Part shown: positions 1 to 10,433 of the stretch, in pieces
Numbering within the stretch: position 1 is the stretch's first letter
Layout of the letters: each line of letters begins with the position of its first letter
Origin: Cryomorphaceae bacterium
GTDB taxonomy: Bacteria; Bacteroidota; Bacteroidia; Flavobacteriales; Flavobacteriaceae
DNA length: 64,000 nucleotides
NCBI GenBank assembly: GCA_018646865.1
Contig: JABGTW010000031.1
Location: forward strand, 2,106-66,105
Reading direction: 5' to 3'
Translations under genes and position numbers: made by a program
The notes under the pieces: model-generated
What the model was told of the DNA's origin: nothing
Database searches by the model: none
What the model saw: the letters and a program-made list of their open reading frames with translations, nothing else

Positions 1-558
1 AGCTTTCATAAACTCTATATAATCATTCCAATCTCCTTCCCCCCTTCCAGTAATTCCGTTACCTGTTCTACCCCTTGGAAAGTAATCATCTCTATACCAA
101 TCTAGTTGAGAATAATAAAAAAATAATTTGATTCCCTCTTTTCTACAAGCATCAGACAGCATCTTTAAAACATCTTTGCCATAGGGAGTTTTATCAACTA
201 TATTATAGTCAGAGGCAGCAGAGTCAAACATTGAAAACCCATCGTGGTGTCTGCTTGTTATTGTAATATATTTCATTCCAGCTTCCTTTGCCATTTTAAC
301 CCACTTATCAGCATCGAACTCAATTGGATTGAAAAAGCCAGGTAATCTTTCATATTCTTTTATTGAAATATTTTGATTGTTCATTACCCATTCACCATCT
401 CCTAAAACACTATAAACACCCCAATGAATAAAAAGTCCAAATTTTGCTTCCTCAAACCATTTCCTTGCTTCAAGATTTTCTTTGCTTGGTGAGTAATCTT
501 GTTGAGCGTTTGACAAGTTTGAAGTAAAACAAATAAGTATGATAATTAATTTTTTCAT
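1..558 (-). CDS. alpha-L-fucosidase (GH29), partial; C-terminus lies beyond the window start
   Basis: My reverse-strand translation from the ATG at 556-558 reads MKKLIIILICFTSNLSNAQQDYSPSKENLEARKWFEEAKFGLFIHWG... This gives a signal peptide followed by the FGLFIHWG motif typical of GH29 fucosidases. The frame stays open to position 1. Confidence 0.8.
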   Translation of the reverse strand, partial: MKKLIIILICFTSNLSNAQQDYSPSKENLEARKWFEEAKFGLFIHWGVYSVLGDGEWVMNNQNISIKEYERLPGFFNPIEFDADKWVKMAKEAGMKYITITSRHHDGFSMFDSAASDYNIVDKTPYGKDVLKMLSDACRKEGIKLFFYYSQLDWYRDDYFPRGRTGNGITGRGEGDWNDYIEFMKA

Positions 559-731
559 CAGCTATTTCCACCTCCTTCATTTACATCAATTTCATTTAAG
601 TCAACACCGGTTCTTTTAAGAAACTCTTTTTTAAATAGTTCATTTCTATTCTTTCTATCCATTAAATATTTAAAAAATCTTTTAATCATATCTATATTTC
701 TCTCAATAATTATCTATAGAATTTCAAAATT

Positions 732-2192
732 TTAATCAATTCTACCAGGTTCTCTTATATTACTACCTATACGTTTATTTAAATTGTCCCCAAGATCATT
801 TCTTGCTATTTCAGCTAGATTTTCAAGCTCTTTGACAATTTTTGGATAAAGTTCTCTTACATTATATTCTTCACCAGGATCTCTTCTAAGATTATAAAGG
901 GCATATTCTGTAGTAAATTTAGTATAAGGTCCAGGATGACCATCGTTTTTTGGAAGTACATTTTTATACGATCGACTTTCATGAGGGAATACTAACTTCC
1001 AATTATCTTTTCTTACTGCTTCTAAATTATTTTTTCCATAATAATAATATAAATGATCTCTAGGATTAGAATCTATTTTTCCTTCAAGGATGGGAGATAT
1101 ATCAACACCATCTATTTTATGTTTAGGGAGGTCAGATGAAACTATATTAGCAATTGTAGGTAAAATATCAATTGTCGCTGCAATTTTATTTGAGATACTT
1201 CCAGCTGAAATTACTTTTGGCCACTTCATTATTGTTGGTACTCTTTGACCTCCTTCAAAGCTTGTCCCCTTACCTTCTCTTAGTCCTCCTGTAGATCCTG
1301 CATGATTACCAAAATTTAACCATGGCCCATTATCACTTGTGAAGATCACAAGTGTATTTTCTTCTAAGTTGTTCTCCCTTAAGGCTTTTACTATTTCGCC
1401 AACTGACCAATCAATTTCCATCATTAAATCACCATATAGACCTTGGGAACTTTTTCCCTTAAATTTATTTGATACAGCTATAGGAACATGAGGCATAGAA
1501 TGGGGTAAGTATAAGAAGAAAGGATTGTCTTTATTATTATGTATAAATTCAACAGACTTCTCAGTGTATAAGGTTGTGAGTTTAGCTTGATCTTCTAATG
1601 TTCTAATTTCATCAATTTTCTTGAAATCTTCAATTAAAGGTAATTGTGGGTAAGACTTTTTTCTCCAATTCGATGTGTCAGATATTTGATTTCCATCAAA
1701 ATCAACAGGCCACATGTCATTTGAATAGGGTAACCCTAGAAAAGTGTCAAAACCATGATTTAATGGAAGAAATTTTTCTTGAAATCCTAAATGCCATTTG
1801 CCAAATATAGATGTTGCATATCCTTTTTCTTTTAACAATTCAGCTATGGTAATTTCATTTGTATTAAGCCCTACAGTTGAGTAAGGCATTAATGCTCCAT
1901 TTATTCCTATCCTATTAGAATAAGATCCTGTTAGCAGTGCAGCTCTTGAAGCACTACAAACTGCTTGTACTGAATAAAAGTTGGTAAATAAAATTCCTTC
2001 TTGTGCTAGTTTGTTTATATGTGGAGTTTCATAATTTATAGATCCAAATGGCATGATGTCTCCGTATCCTAAATCATCCATAAATATTAAAACGAAATTA
2101 GGGTTTTCAACTAAAGATATTTTTTGCAATGTTTTCTTTTCAGAACAACTAAAAAGGCATAATGTTACAATAAAGAGTATTGTTTTTCTCAT
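732..2192 (-). CDS. formylglycine-dependent sulfatase (arylsulfatase family), lipoprotein
   Basis: 486 aa. Lipoprotein signal MRKTILFIVTLCLFSC. Sulfatase signature CSASRAALLTG (C-x-A/P-x-R) and metal-binding MDDLGYGD near the N-terminus. Confidence 0.9.
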   Translation of the reverse strand: MRKTILFIVTLCLFSCSEKKTLQKISLVENPNFVLIFMDDLGYGDIMPFGSINYETPHINKLAQEGILFTNFYSVQAVCSASRAALLTGSYSNRIGINGALMPYSTVGLNTNEITIAELLKEKGYATSIFGKWHLGFQEKFLPLNHGFDTFLGLPYSNDMWPVDFDGNQISDTSNWRKKSYPQLPLIEDFKKIDEIRTLEDQAKLTTLYTEKSVEFIHNNKDNPFFLYLPHSMPHVPIAVSNKFKGKSSQGLYGDLMMEIDWSVGEIVKALRENNLEENTLVIFTSDNGPWLNFGNHAGSTGGLREGKGTSFEGGQRVPTIMKWPKVISAGSISNKIAATIDILPTIANIVSSDLPKHKIDGVDISPILEGKIDSNPRDHLYYYYGKNNLEAVRKDNWKLVFPHESRSYKNVLPKNDGHPGPYTKFTTEYALYNLRRDPGEEYNVRELYPKIVKELENLAEIARNDLGDNLNKRIGSNIREPGRID

Positions 2193-2291
2193 TATAAATT
2201 AATTAAGATAATTTTAAAAATAAATATAGTAATTGATATTATCCTTATTAATCTCACTTATTTTAGGAAGTAATTTTTTGTATTTTTATTT

Positions 2292-3761
2292 ATGATTAAA
2301 AATCAAAATCAATTCACAAGAAGGACCTTTATTAAGAAGGCTGGATTAACTACTTCTTTATTTTCTCTATATCCTTTATCGTATTCGTCAATTTTTTCTA
2401 ATTCAACTGATGATAAACGAATAATTGTAATAGGTGCAGGTCTAGCAGGTCTATCTTGTGCTTATGAATTAGATCAAGCAGGGTTTAACGTGATGTTGAT
2501 TGAAGCTCGTTCTCGTCCAGGGGGAAGAGTAAACACCTATCGAGACCCTTTTTCTGATAATTTATATTCTGAAATGGGAGCTGAATATGTAGATAGCTCA
2601 GATACATATATTCAGGAGTATTGTAAAAAGTTCAATTTAAAAATTTTGCCAGCAAAACAATATGATGGTGTTTATGTAAAAGGCCAGACTTCCTCTATTG
2701 AAGGATTAAGATCAGGTAGAGATTTATTACCTTTTAAGGGAACTTTGGAGGGTAAATTATTTGGTCAGGAAGTTCAATATATACAGAAATGGATAGACTT
2801 AGTTAAACTAAAGGGTATAAATTCTCCAGAAGTACAGGCATTGGATAGGATCTCGGTTGAAGATATTCTAAAGGAAGGTGGAGCTCCAAAAGATATTATT
2901 GATTTATATACATATGCAAATGCAACTGAAGAGACTGCAGTTCCATCAAAAATGTCTGCATTGTATATGATTTTGTCTAATACAAGAACATCAAACTTTA
3001 GCGAAAATACAGTTGAAGGAAGAATCTTGGGAGGTAACGATCAATTACCTAAAACACTTGCACAAAAATTGGGAACAAAAATTATGTATAATAGACCTTT
3101 GCTACGTCTTGATTATAATTCTAATGGAATCATTGCCACTGTTAAAGAAAAACAAAGACTTGTACAAATTCCAGCAAAAAAATGTGTGTTAGCAATCCCT
3201 GCATCAATATTAAAAAACATAGAAATCAATCCTGGTTTTTCTGAAGAAAAAATAAATTGTATTAACAATCAACAATATGGTCATGCAATGAAAATAGCAA
3301 TGCAGTATAGACAGAGATTTTGGGATAATAAAAATTCTATTGGACAACGTGTTTTTACTGATACTCCACTCCGAAGAGTTTATCATTTTTCAATTGATCA
3401 GCCAGGACCAAGAGGAATTTTATTAAGCTTTACTTCAGGAGAAGATGCAATTAAACTTGGAAAGCTTGATAACAAAAAAAGACTAAATATAGCTCAAAAT
3501 ACTTGTAGAAATATATGGCCAGAAGCACCAATGTTTTGGGAGAAAGGAGTTGTAAAATATTGGAATGAAGATCCTTGGGTAAAAGCCAGTTATTCTTTTG
3601 CTGGTGTTGGTCAGAAAGGTTTTAGAGAAATATTAGCTAAACCAGAGGGACCTGTTTTTTTTGCTGGTGAACATACTGCAATTCAAAGAGCTTCTATGAA
3701 TGGGGCAATAGAATCAGGTATGCGAGTAACCGATGAACTGAAAAGAGCAGAGTCATCATAA
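2292..3761 (+). CDS. flavin-containing amine oxidase / L-amino-acid oxidase family protein, Tat-exported
   Basis: 489 aa. Twin-arginine signal TRRTFIKKAG. FAD fold VIGAGLAGLSCAYEL...EARSRPGGR. C-terminal FFAGEHT motif typical of the flavin amine oxidase family. Confidence 0.8.
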   Translation: MIKNQNQFTRRTFIKKAGLTTSLFSLYPLSYSSIFSNSTDDKRIIVIGAGLAGLSCAYELDQAGFNVMLIEARSRPGGRVNTYRDPFSDNLYSEMGAEYVDSSDTYIQEYCKKFNLKILPAKQYDGVYVKGQTSSIEGLRSGRDLLPFKGTLEGKLFGQEVQYIQKWIDLVKLKGINSPEVQALDRISVEDILKEGGAPKDIIDLYTYANATEETAVPSKMSALYMILSNTRTSNFSENTVEGRILGGNDQLPKTLAQKLGTKIMYNRPLLRLDYNSNGIIATVKEKQRLVQIPAKKCVLAIPASILKNIEINPGFSEEKINCINNQQYGHAMKIAMQYRQRFWDNKNSIGQRVFTDTPLRRVYHFSIDQPGPRGILLSFTSGEDAIKLGKLDNKKRLNIAQNTCRNIWPEAPMFWEKGVVKYWNEDPWVKASYSFAGVGQKGFREILAKPEGPVFFAGEHTAIQRASMNGAIESGMRVTDELKRAESS

Positions 3762-3812
3762 TTTAGGATAAGGGTGTAGTTTATTTATTTTCCTTTTTCA
3801 TATATTAACTAT

Positions 3813-4562
3813 ATGGTTGTATTAGTTACAGGTTCATCTAAAGGTATTGGTTACCAAATTGCAAGTGATTTACTTAATCAAGGTCATGATTTAATTCTTC
3901 ATTGTAATAGAAATCAATCTTCACTTGAAGACTTGTTAAGTGGCTATAAGTCTAACTCTGTAATTATTCAAGCAGATCTTTCTTCTTGTAATGATATTAA
4001 AAAATTGGTAGATGAAACAACTAATAAATTATCTTTTCCTGATTGTGTTATAAATAATGCTGGGATTGCAGAATCTGCTGACATATCTCTAGATATTCAA
4101 GAGTGGGACAAGATGTTTGATAAAACTATTAGTGTAAATCTAAAAGCTCCTGGATTAATTTTTAAAGAGTTTATAAAGTATAAAAGAAAAAATAAAATCA
4201 AAACTAGACTAAGATTTGTAAACATATCTTCTAGGGCAGCATTTAGAGGAGAACAGCAAGACTATATTTCATATGCCTGCTCAAAAGGTGGTCTAATTTC
4301 ATTAACTAAAACCATGTCTAGATCTTTTGGAGATACAGATAATATTGTTGCAATTAGTATTGCTCCTGGTTTTGTTAAAACAGATATGGCTAAAAGCTTT
4401 ATTGATGAACATGGCGAAGAGATGGTTAAAAAAGGGATAACGCTAGACAGATTAACTGAACCAAAAGATATTTCACCATTAGTTTCACTTATAGTATCAG
4501 GTAAACTTGATCATTCAACAGGGTCAACTATTGATATTAATGGAGGAAGCTATTTAAGATAA
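3813..4562 (+). CDS. SDR family oxidoreductase
   Basis: 249 aa. TGSSKGIG cofactor motif, NNAG, and a YxxxK catalytic motif (YACSK). Confidence 0.85.
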   Translation: MVVLVTGSSKGIGYQIASDLLNQGHDLILHCNRNQSSLEDLLSGYKSNSVIIQADLSSCNDIKKLVDETTNKLSFPDCVINNAGIAESADISLDIQEWDKMFDKTISVNLKAPGLIFKEFIKYKRKNKIKTRLRFVNISSRAAFRGEQQDYISYACSKGGLISLTKTMSRSFGDTDNIVAISIAPGFVKTDMAKSFIDEHGEEMVKKGITLDRLTEPKDISPLVSLIVSGKLDHSTGSTIDINGGSYLR

Positions 4563-4577
4563 ACTAAACTAATAATA

Positions 4578-6584
4578 ATGAAAAAACTAATCTTCATAAT
4601 TTTAATCTCATTCAATATATATTCTCAACGATCGGAGATATTTGATCCAATTGATATTTTTGATTTAGAGTATGTATCTAATCCTCAAATTTCTCCAGAC
4701 GGTAATCTTGTTTTATATCAAAGAAATTCTAAAGATATAATGACAGATAAAAATTATTCAAGCATATGGATAATTGATTTTGACGGAAGTAATAATAGAC
4801 CAATCACTACTGGAAATAAAAAAGATAGCTCACCTATTTGGTCTAACACTGGTGACAAGTTTATTTTTAAATCAGATCGAGATGGTAAAACACAGATTTA
4901 CTTGTATGATTTAAAAAATAATTCAACTCAAAAATTAACAAACCTTCAATCATCAATTGGATCAATAAAATGGTCTCCTGACGATAAATTTATTTTGTTT
5001 ACATCTTTTGTTCCAGAAGAAAAAAAGAAATTAGTTAAAATGCCAAAGAAACCTAAAGGAGCTAAATGGAATGATCCACCTGTTGAGATATCTGATGTAA
5101 ATTATAAATATGACAGCTCTGGATTCAGAAAACCTGGAGTAAATCAAATTTTTATATTACCTGTAGAGGGAGGAACTCCTAGGCAGGTTAGTAATCTGAA
5201 TAAAAATGGAGCGCAAGCTCAGTGGATATCAAATAATAGTATTGTTTTTTCTGCCAATCTTCATGAGGACTCTGAGTTAAACCCTAACAACTCAGAAATT
5301 TATTTGCTAGACATTTCAAGTGGTAAACATACTGCTCTAACTGATAGAATAGGACCAGACTTTTCTCCAATTGTATCAAATGATAAAACAAAGATTGCAT
5401 ATTTAGGTTATGATGATGAGTACTTAGGGTATCAGCAAAATTCAATTTATATAATGAATATTGATGGAACTAATAAAGTTAAATTACCAACTGATTTAGA
5501 CAGGAATATTTCTAATATTAATTGGTCAGGTGATGATAAGGAAATCTTTTTTCAATATGATGATAAAGGAATGACTAAACTAGCCTACACATCATTGAAA
5601 GGAAAAATATTAGATGTAATTGATGAAATAGGAGGGTTGTCTTATGGAAGACCTTATAATGGAGGGACCTATAGTCTATCTAAGAATGATAAATATTCTT
5701 TCACCTTCGGTAATGTTTATAATCCAGCTGATCTTGCAACAGGATCAAAGGGATCAAAAAGAAGATTAACTAATCTCAATGACGATTTATTTAAATATAA
5801 AAAACTTGGTAAGGTTGAAGAGATTTGGTATAAGTCATCAGTTGGTGGTGAAATGATTCAAGGGTGGATTATAAAACCTCCAAATTTTGATGAATCAAAA
5901 AAATACCCATTAATCCTAGAAATTCATGGAGGTCCCTTTTCAAATTATGGATTTAGATTTTCTGCAGAACTTCAGTTATTTGCATCAAAAGGATATATTG
6001 TGCTTTATACAAACCCTAGAGGTAGTACTAGTTATGGGAAAAGGTTTGCTAACCTAATTCACCATAATTATCCAAATGAAGACTATGATGATTTAATGTC
6101 GGGAATTGATTATATGTCAAGTAAAGAGTATGTTGATGAAAATAATTTATTTGTCACTGGTGGAAGTGGAGGAGGAGTTTTAACTGCTTGGATAGTTGGA
6201 AAAACTGACAGGTTTAAAGCTGCTGTAGTTGCTAAACCGGTAATCAACTGGTATAGCTTTGTTCTTTATGCTGATAACATCGGATATTTTTATAAATACT
6301 GGTTTAAAGATTTACCATGGAATGATGTTGAAAACTACATGAAAAGATCACCTATTTCTTATGTAAAAAATGTTTCAACTCCTACTATGATTCTAACTGG
6401 AGAAAAAGATTTTAGAACTCCAATGGCTGAGAGTGAACAGTTTTATGCTGGATTAAAACTTAATAAGGTCGAAACTATGTTAGTAAGAATTCCAAATGCT
6501 AACCATGGAATTTCCTCTAGGCCTAGTAATCTTATTGCTAAAGTTAATTCTATATTAGCTTGGTTTGAAAAGTATAAAGATTAA
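4578..6584 (+). CDS. S9 family serine peptidase (prolyl oligopeptidase/acylaminoacyl-peptidase type) with N-terminal beta-propeller
   Basis: 668 aa with a signal peptide. TolB-like propeller repeats (SPDG, WSPDD). C-terminal alpha/beta hydrolase with nucleophile elbow GGSGGG, GEKDFRTP and NHG. Confidence 0.85.
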   Translation: MKKLIFIILISFNIYSQRSEIFDPIDIFDLEYVSNPQISPDGNLVLYQRNSKDIMTDKNYSSIWIIDFDGSNNRPITTGNKKDSSPIWSNTGDKFIFKSDRDGKTQIYLYDLKNNSTQKLTNLQSSIGSIKWSPDDKFILFTSFVPEEKKKLVKMPKKPKGAKWNDPPVEISDVNYKYDSSGFRKPGVNQIFILPVEGGTPRQVSNLNKNGAQAQWISNNSIVFSANLHEDSELNPNNSEIYLLDISSGKHTALTDRIGPDFSPIVSNDKTKIAYLGYDDEYLGYQQNSIYIMNIDGTNKVKLPTDLDRNISNINWSGDDKEIFFQYDDKGMTKLAYTSLKGKILDVIDEIGGLSYGRPYNGGTYSLSKNDKYSFTFGNVYNPADLATGSKGSKRRLTNLNDDLFKYKKLGKVEEIWYKSSVGGEMIQGWIIKPPNFDESKKYPLILEIHGGPFSNYGFRFSAELQLFASKGYIVLYTNPRGSTSYGKRFANLIHHNYPNEDYDDLMSGIDYMSSKEYVDENNLFVTGGSGGGVLTAWIVGKTDRFKAAVVAKPVINWYSFVLYADNIGYFYKYWFKDLPWNDVENYMKRSPISYVKNVSTPTMILTGEKDFRTPMAESEQFYAGLKLNKVETMLVRIPNANHGISSRPSNLIAKVNSILAWFEKYKD

Positions 6585-6638
6585 TTGTTCAACAAATTAA
6601 TATTACTAATTTTAGAACTAATCTTAAAATCAATTTAA

Positions 6639-7328
6639 ATGAAAAATTTTTATTTATTATTACTTACTGTACTTTTTAGTTTTAGTTTTTCAAATGCACA
6701 AAATAATGTAGCGTGGGAAGAAGTTGCTCTAAATGTTGGGTCAGGTAATGCAGGATATGTTCTTAACTTAATGGATGATTTCTACTCAAGTATAGAAATG
6801 CCAGAAGGCACATCAGTTTCTCTTGAAGGACTTTATCATAGTTCAGCTGGAAGTCCATCACACATCATAAATTTTATTGGTCCTGTTGAAGGACTAGTTG
6901 CATTAAGATCTTTAAGATCTGGAGATGCATATGACGCATATAATTCTGGTGTTGAAAAATTTGCAACAATTTTATCTATCAAAGCAGGAAAAACACTTGC
7001 TAGAATTCCAGGATCTGATGAGAATGTTTTTGGAGCACAAGAATGGTCGTTCAATGTTAAAGATCAAGTAAAATTTGGTGCTGCTTTTGTAGAGTTAATG
7101 AAAGTGTTTAAACCAACTGGTTATGTATCACTTGGTCAATATACGCATGGTGAAAAAGGAGAGACTCATTATATATATTCTATGTATGAGGATCAGGCTG
7201 CAATGTTAAATTTTGGCCCAAAGACTGAAGCCGAAATTGCCGCTTTCAACAAATTTTTCTCAAAAACATCTTCAATCTCAGAATACAATGGTTCAAGAAC
7301 AACAGTTCCAGTAAAAACTTGGAACTAA
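6639..7328 (+). CDS. secreted hypothetical protein
   Basis: 229 aa with signal peptide MKNFYLLLLTVLFSFSFSNAQ. I recognise no family. It is the last gene before a strong terminator. Confidence 0.6.
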   Translation: MKNFYLLLLTVLFSFSFSNAQNNVAWEEVALNVGSGNAGYVLNLMDDFYSSIEMPEGTSVSLEGLYHSSAGSPSHIINFIGPVEGLVALRSLRSGDAYDAYNSGVEKFATILSIKAGKTLARIPGSDENVFGAQEWSFNVKDQVKFGAAFVELMKVFKPTGYVSLGQYTHGEKGETHYIYSMYEDQAAMLNFGPKTEAEIAAFNKFFSKTSSISEYNGSRTTVPVKTWN

Positions 7329-7357
7329 AATTAATTTAATATTTTATTGAAAAAATT

Positions 7358-7382
7358 AAACCCTCCACTGGAGGGTTTTTTT
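7358..7382 (+). terminator. rho-independent terminator
   Basis: AAACCCTCC-ACT-GGAGGGTTT stem with a 6-bp GC core (7361-7366 pairs with 7370-7375), followed by a run of 7 T. Confidence 0.75.
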
Positions 7383-7405
7383 ATTAAATTGCATTAAAGA
7401 ATATT

Positions 7406-8893
7406 ATGAACAAATACATTCTAGCTATTGATGCAGGTACTACTAGTTCAAGAGCAATACTGTTTGATAAAAATGCAGAACCTATTGAAATCGCTCAATA
7501 TGAGTTTAATCAAATTTTTCCAAAAGAAGGTTGGGTAGAACATGATGCACTAGAAATATGGAATACTCAATTAAAAGCAGTTAGAGATGTAATAAATAAT
7601 TCTAAAATTGATCCAATTCAAATTGATTCAATAGGTATTACAAATCAAAGAGAGACTACTGTAATCTGGAATAAAAAAACTGGCAAACCAGTTTTTAATG
7701 CAATTGTTTGGCAAGACAGAAGAACTGCAGATTTCTGTGATCAACTTAAAAAAAATAATAAGACTGAATTGATTCAAAACAAAACTGGACTTGTAATTGA
7801 TGCATATTTTTCTGGAACTAAGATTAAATGGATATTAGATAATGATCCTTTAATTAGGAGTCAAGCTAATAGTGGTGAACTTCTTTTTGGAACAATTGAC
7901 ACATGGTTAATTTGGAATTTAACTAATGGAAAATCTCATATAACTGACCCTTCTAATGCCAGTCGAACACTTTTATATAATATTAAAGAAGACGGTTGGG
8001 ATGATGAGCTACTTTCACTTTTTGATATTCCTAAAAATATTTTACCGAAGGTTGTTGATTCATCATCAACTTCTGCCCATATTGATGATAAATTTTTTGG
8101 AGTAAAAATTCCAATCTCTGGAATAGCTGGGGATCAACAAGCTGCTTTATTTGGACAATTATGCACAGAACAAGGAGATATTAAAAACACATATGGAACA
8201 GGTTGTTTTTGTATGATGAACACTGGAAAAACATTTGTTAAATCAAAAAACAAAATGCTCTCTACAATTGCATGGCGAATAGATGGAGAGGTTACATATG
8301 CCCTTGAAGGAAGTGTTTTTGTTGCAGGTGCACTGATTCAATGGCTAAGAGATAAATTAGGTATTATAAAGAATGCCTCAGAGGTTGAAAATCTTGCAAA
8401 ATCAGTCGACAGTAATGGAGGTATTACTTTTATTCCCGCATTGTCTGGACTAGCAGCTCCATATTGGGATCCTTATGCTCAAGGTACAATTTTTGGAATA
8501 ACAAGAGGAACAGAAAATGGTCATATAGCTAGAGCTGCTCTGGAATCAATTGCTTTAAGAACTAGAGATATAATTATTGAGATGGAGAAAGATGCTGGCA
8601 TTAAGTTTTCTAGTTTAAAAGTTGACGGTGGAGCAAGTAATAATGATCTTTTAATGCAAATTCAATCAAATCTTTTGAACACGAATGTTATTAGACCTAA
8701 AACAACAGAAACAACTGCTCTTGGTGTTGCTTTTCTAGCAGGATTAGCAACAGGTTTTTGGAAAGATATTCCTAGTTTAAAAAACCTTTGGATTAAGGAT
8801 AGATCTTTTCAGCCTAATAAAGAAACTGATACAGATAAAATCGTAGAGCTTTGGATTAAAAGAATTAATAATCTTCTTAAGATAAATGAATAG
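7406..8893 (+). CDS. glpK: glycerol kinase
   Basis: 495 aa. FGGY kinase motifs ILAIDAGTTSSRAILF, NQRETTVIW, GDQQAALFGQ. Confidence 0.95.
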   Translation: MNKYILAIDAGTTSSRAILFDKNAEPIEIAQYEFNQIFPKEGWVEHDALEIWNTQLKAVRDVINNSKIDPIQIDSIGITNQRETTVIWNKKTGKPVFNAIVWQDRRTADFCDQLKKNNKTELIQNKTGLVIDAYFSGTKIKWILDNDPLIRSQANSGELLFGTIDTWLIWNLTNGKSHITDPSNASRTLLYNIKEDGWDDELLSLFDIPKNILPKVVDSSSTSAHIDDKFFGVKIPISGIAGDQQAALFGQLCTEQGDIKNTYGTGCFCMMNTGKTFVKSKNKMLSTIAWRIDGEVTYALEGSVFVAGALIQWLRDKLGIIKNASEVENLAKSVDSNGGITFIPALSGLAAPYWDPYAQGTIFGITRGTENGHIARAALESIALRTRDIIIEMEKDAGIKFSSLKVDGGASNNDLLMQIQSNLLNTNVIRPKTTETTALGVAFLAGLATGFWKDIPSLKNLWIKDRSFQPNKETDTDKIVELWIKRINNLLKINE

Positions 8894-10433
8894 AACAGAT
8901 TCAATTGCTAAATTAAATAAATTTACTCAATGGGATGTTGTAATTATTGGCGGTGGCGCTTCAGGTCTTGGCATTGCGGTTGATGCGTCAAGAAGAGGTT
9001 ACAAAACATTACTTCTAGAAAAATATGATTTTGGGAAAGGCACATCCTCTAGAAGTACTAAACTGATTCATGGTGGAGTTAGATACTTACAAAATGGTGA
9101 TATAACATTAGTAATAGAGTCACTTAAAGAAAGAGGAATTTTAAAGAGAAATGCTCCTCATTTAGTGAAAGATTTGAGTTTTGTTATTCCAACATATGAT
9201 TGGTGGGCTAGTCCATTTTATGGAATTGGAATGAAAATTTATGATATGATGGCAGGTAAGCTTGGTCTGGGAAAATCAATAATTATTTCAAAAGAGGAAA
9301 CCGAAAAATTAATCCCTAATGTTAACAAAAAAGGATTAAGAGGGGGCGTCATATATCATGATGGACAATTTGATGATTCAAGAATGGCAATTACACTTGC
9401 ATTATCTGCTAATTCTAAAAAAACTGCCTTGATAAATTATTGTAATGTAGATGGATTAATAAAAAAAGACAATGAAATAACTGGGCTTAATTTCACCGAT
9501 TCTATTAATTCAAAAAAGTATCAAATTAATAGTAAAATAGTAATAAATGCTACAGGAGTTTTTGCAGAGGAAATAATAAGAATGGATCAGCCTAAAATCG
9601 AGAAAATGATTCAACCAAGTCAAGGTGTTCATATTGTTCTTGAGCGAAAGTTTTTAAAAAGTAAACACGCAATTTTAATTCCTCAAACTTCAGATGGAAG
9701 AGTGTTGTTTGCTGTTCCATGGAAAGATTATGTGGTTGTCGGAACTACAGACACACATGTTAAAAATGCGAGTGAAGAACCTGCACCTTTAAAGGAAGAA
9801 ATTGATTTTATTTTAAAAAATGCAAGTAAGTACATGACAATTAAGCCAAAGAGAGAAGACATTACAAGTGTTTTTGCTGGATTAAGACCTTTAGCTGCAA
9901 CATCTAATAAACAATCTACTAAAGAAGTTTCAAGAAGTCATAAGATTGATATTTCACCCTCTGGTTTAATAAGTGTATTAGGTGGCAAATGGACAACTTA
10001 TAGAAAAATTGCTGAGGATGCATTAAATACAGCAATTTCTATAAAGAAACTTAAGAAAAAAAAGTGTAGGACTGAAAGAAAAAAGCTTTATGGTTTCAAA
10101 AAAAATGTTGATTGGTCAGACCCAATGCATGTATATGGTTCATTGAAGAAAAAAGTAAAATCTCTTGGAAGTACAAGTGATAATAAATCTCTGTCAAAGA
10201 AATTTTATATTTCAAACAATATTATAGAATGGTCTATAATTCATGAAATGGCTCTTTCAGTTGAAGATGTTTTAGCAAGAAGAACAAGATGTATTTTTTT
10301 AGATTCTAAAGAGTCAAAGAGAATTGCTCCTCTTGTTGCAAAAAAAATGGCTGATGTTTTAGGAGAAGATCAAGAATGGATAGACGCTGAGTTAAAAAAA
10401 TTTAATAAATTAATAAAAAATTATATAGTATGA
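8886..10433 (+). CDS. glpD: FAD-dependent glycerol-3-phosphate dehydrogenase
   Basis: 515 aa. FAD fold VVIIGGGASGLGIAVDASRRG and SSRSTKLIHGGVRYL. Overlaps glpK by 8 nt. Confidence 0.9.
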   Translation: MNRTDSIAKLNKFTQWDVVIIGGGASGLGIAVDASRRGYKTLLLEKYDFGKGTSSRSTKLIHGGVRYLQNGDITLVIESLKERGILKRNAPHLVKDLSFVIPTYDWWASPFYGIGMKIYDMMAGKLGLGKSIIISKEETEKLIPNVNKKGLRGGVIYHDGQFDDSRMAITLALSANSKKTALINYCNVDGLIKKDNEITGLNFTDSINSKKYQINSKIVINATGVFAEEIIRMDQPKIEKMIQPSQGVHIVLERKFLKSKHAILIPQTSDGRVLFAVPWKDYVVVGTTDTHVKNASEEPAPLKEEIDFILKNASKYMTIKPKREDITSVFAGLRPLAATSNKQSTKEVSRSHKIDISPSGLISVLGGKWTTYRKIAEDALNTAISIKKLKKKKCRTERKKLYGFKKNVDWSDPMHVYGSLKKKVKSLGSTSDNKSLSKKFYISNNIIEWSIIHEMALSVEDVLARRTRCIFLDSKESKRIAPLVAKKMADVLGEDQEWIDAELKKFNKLIKNYIV

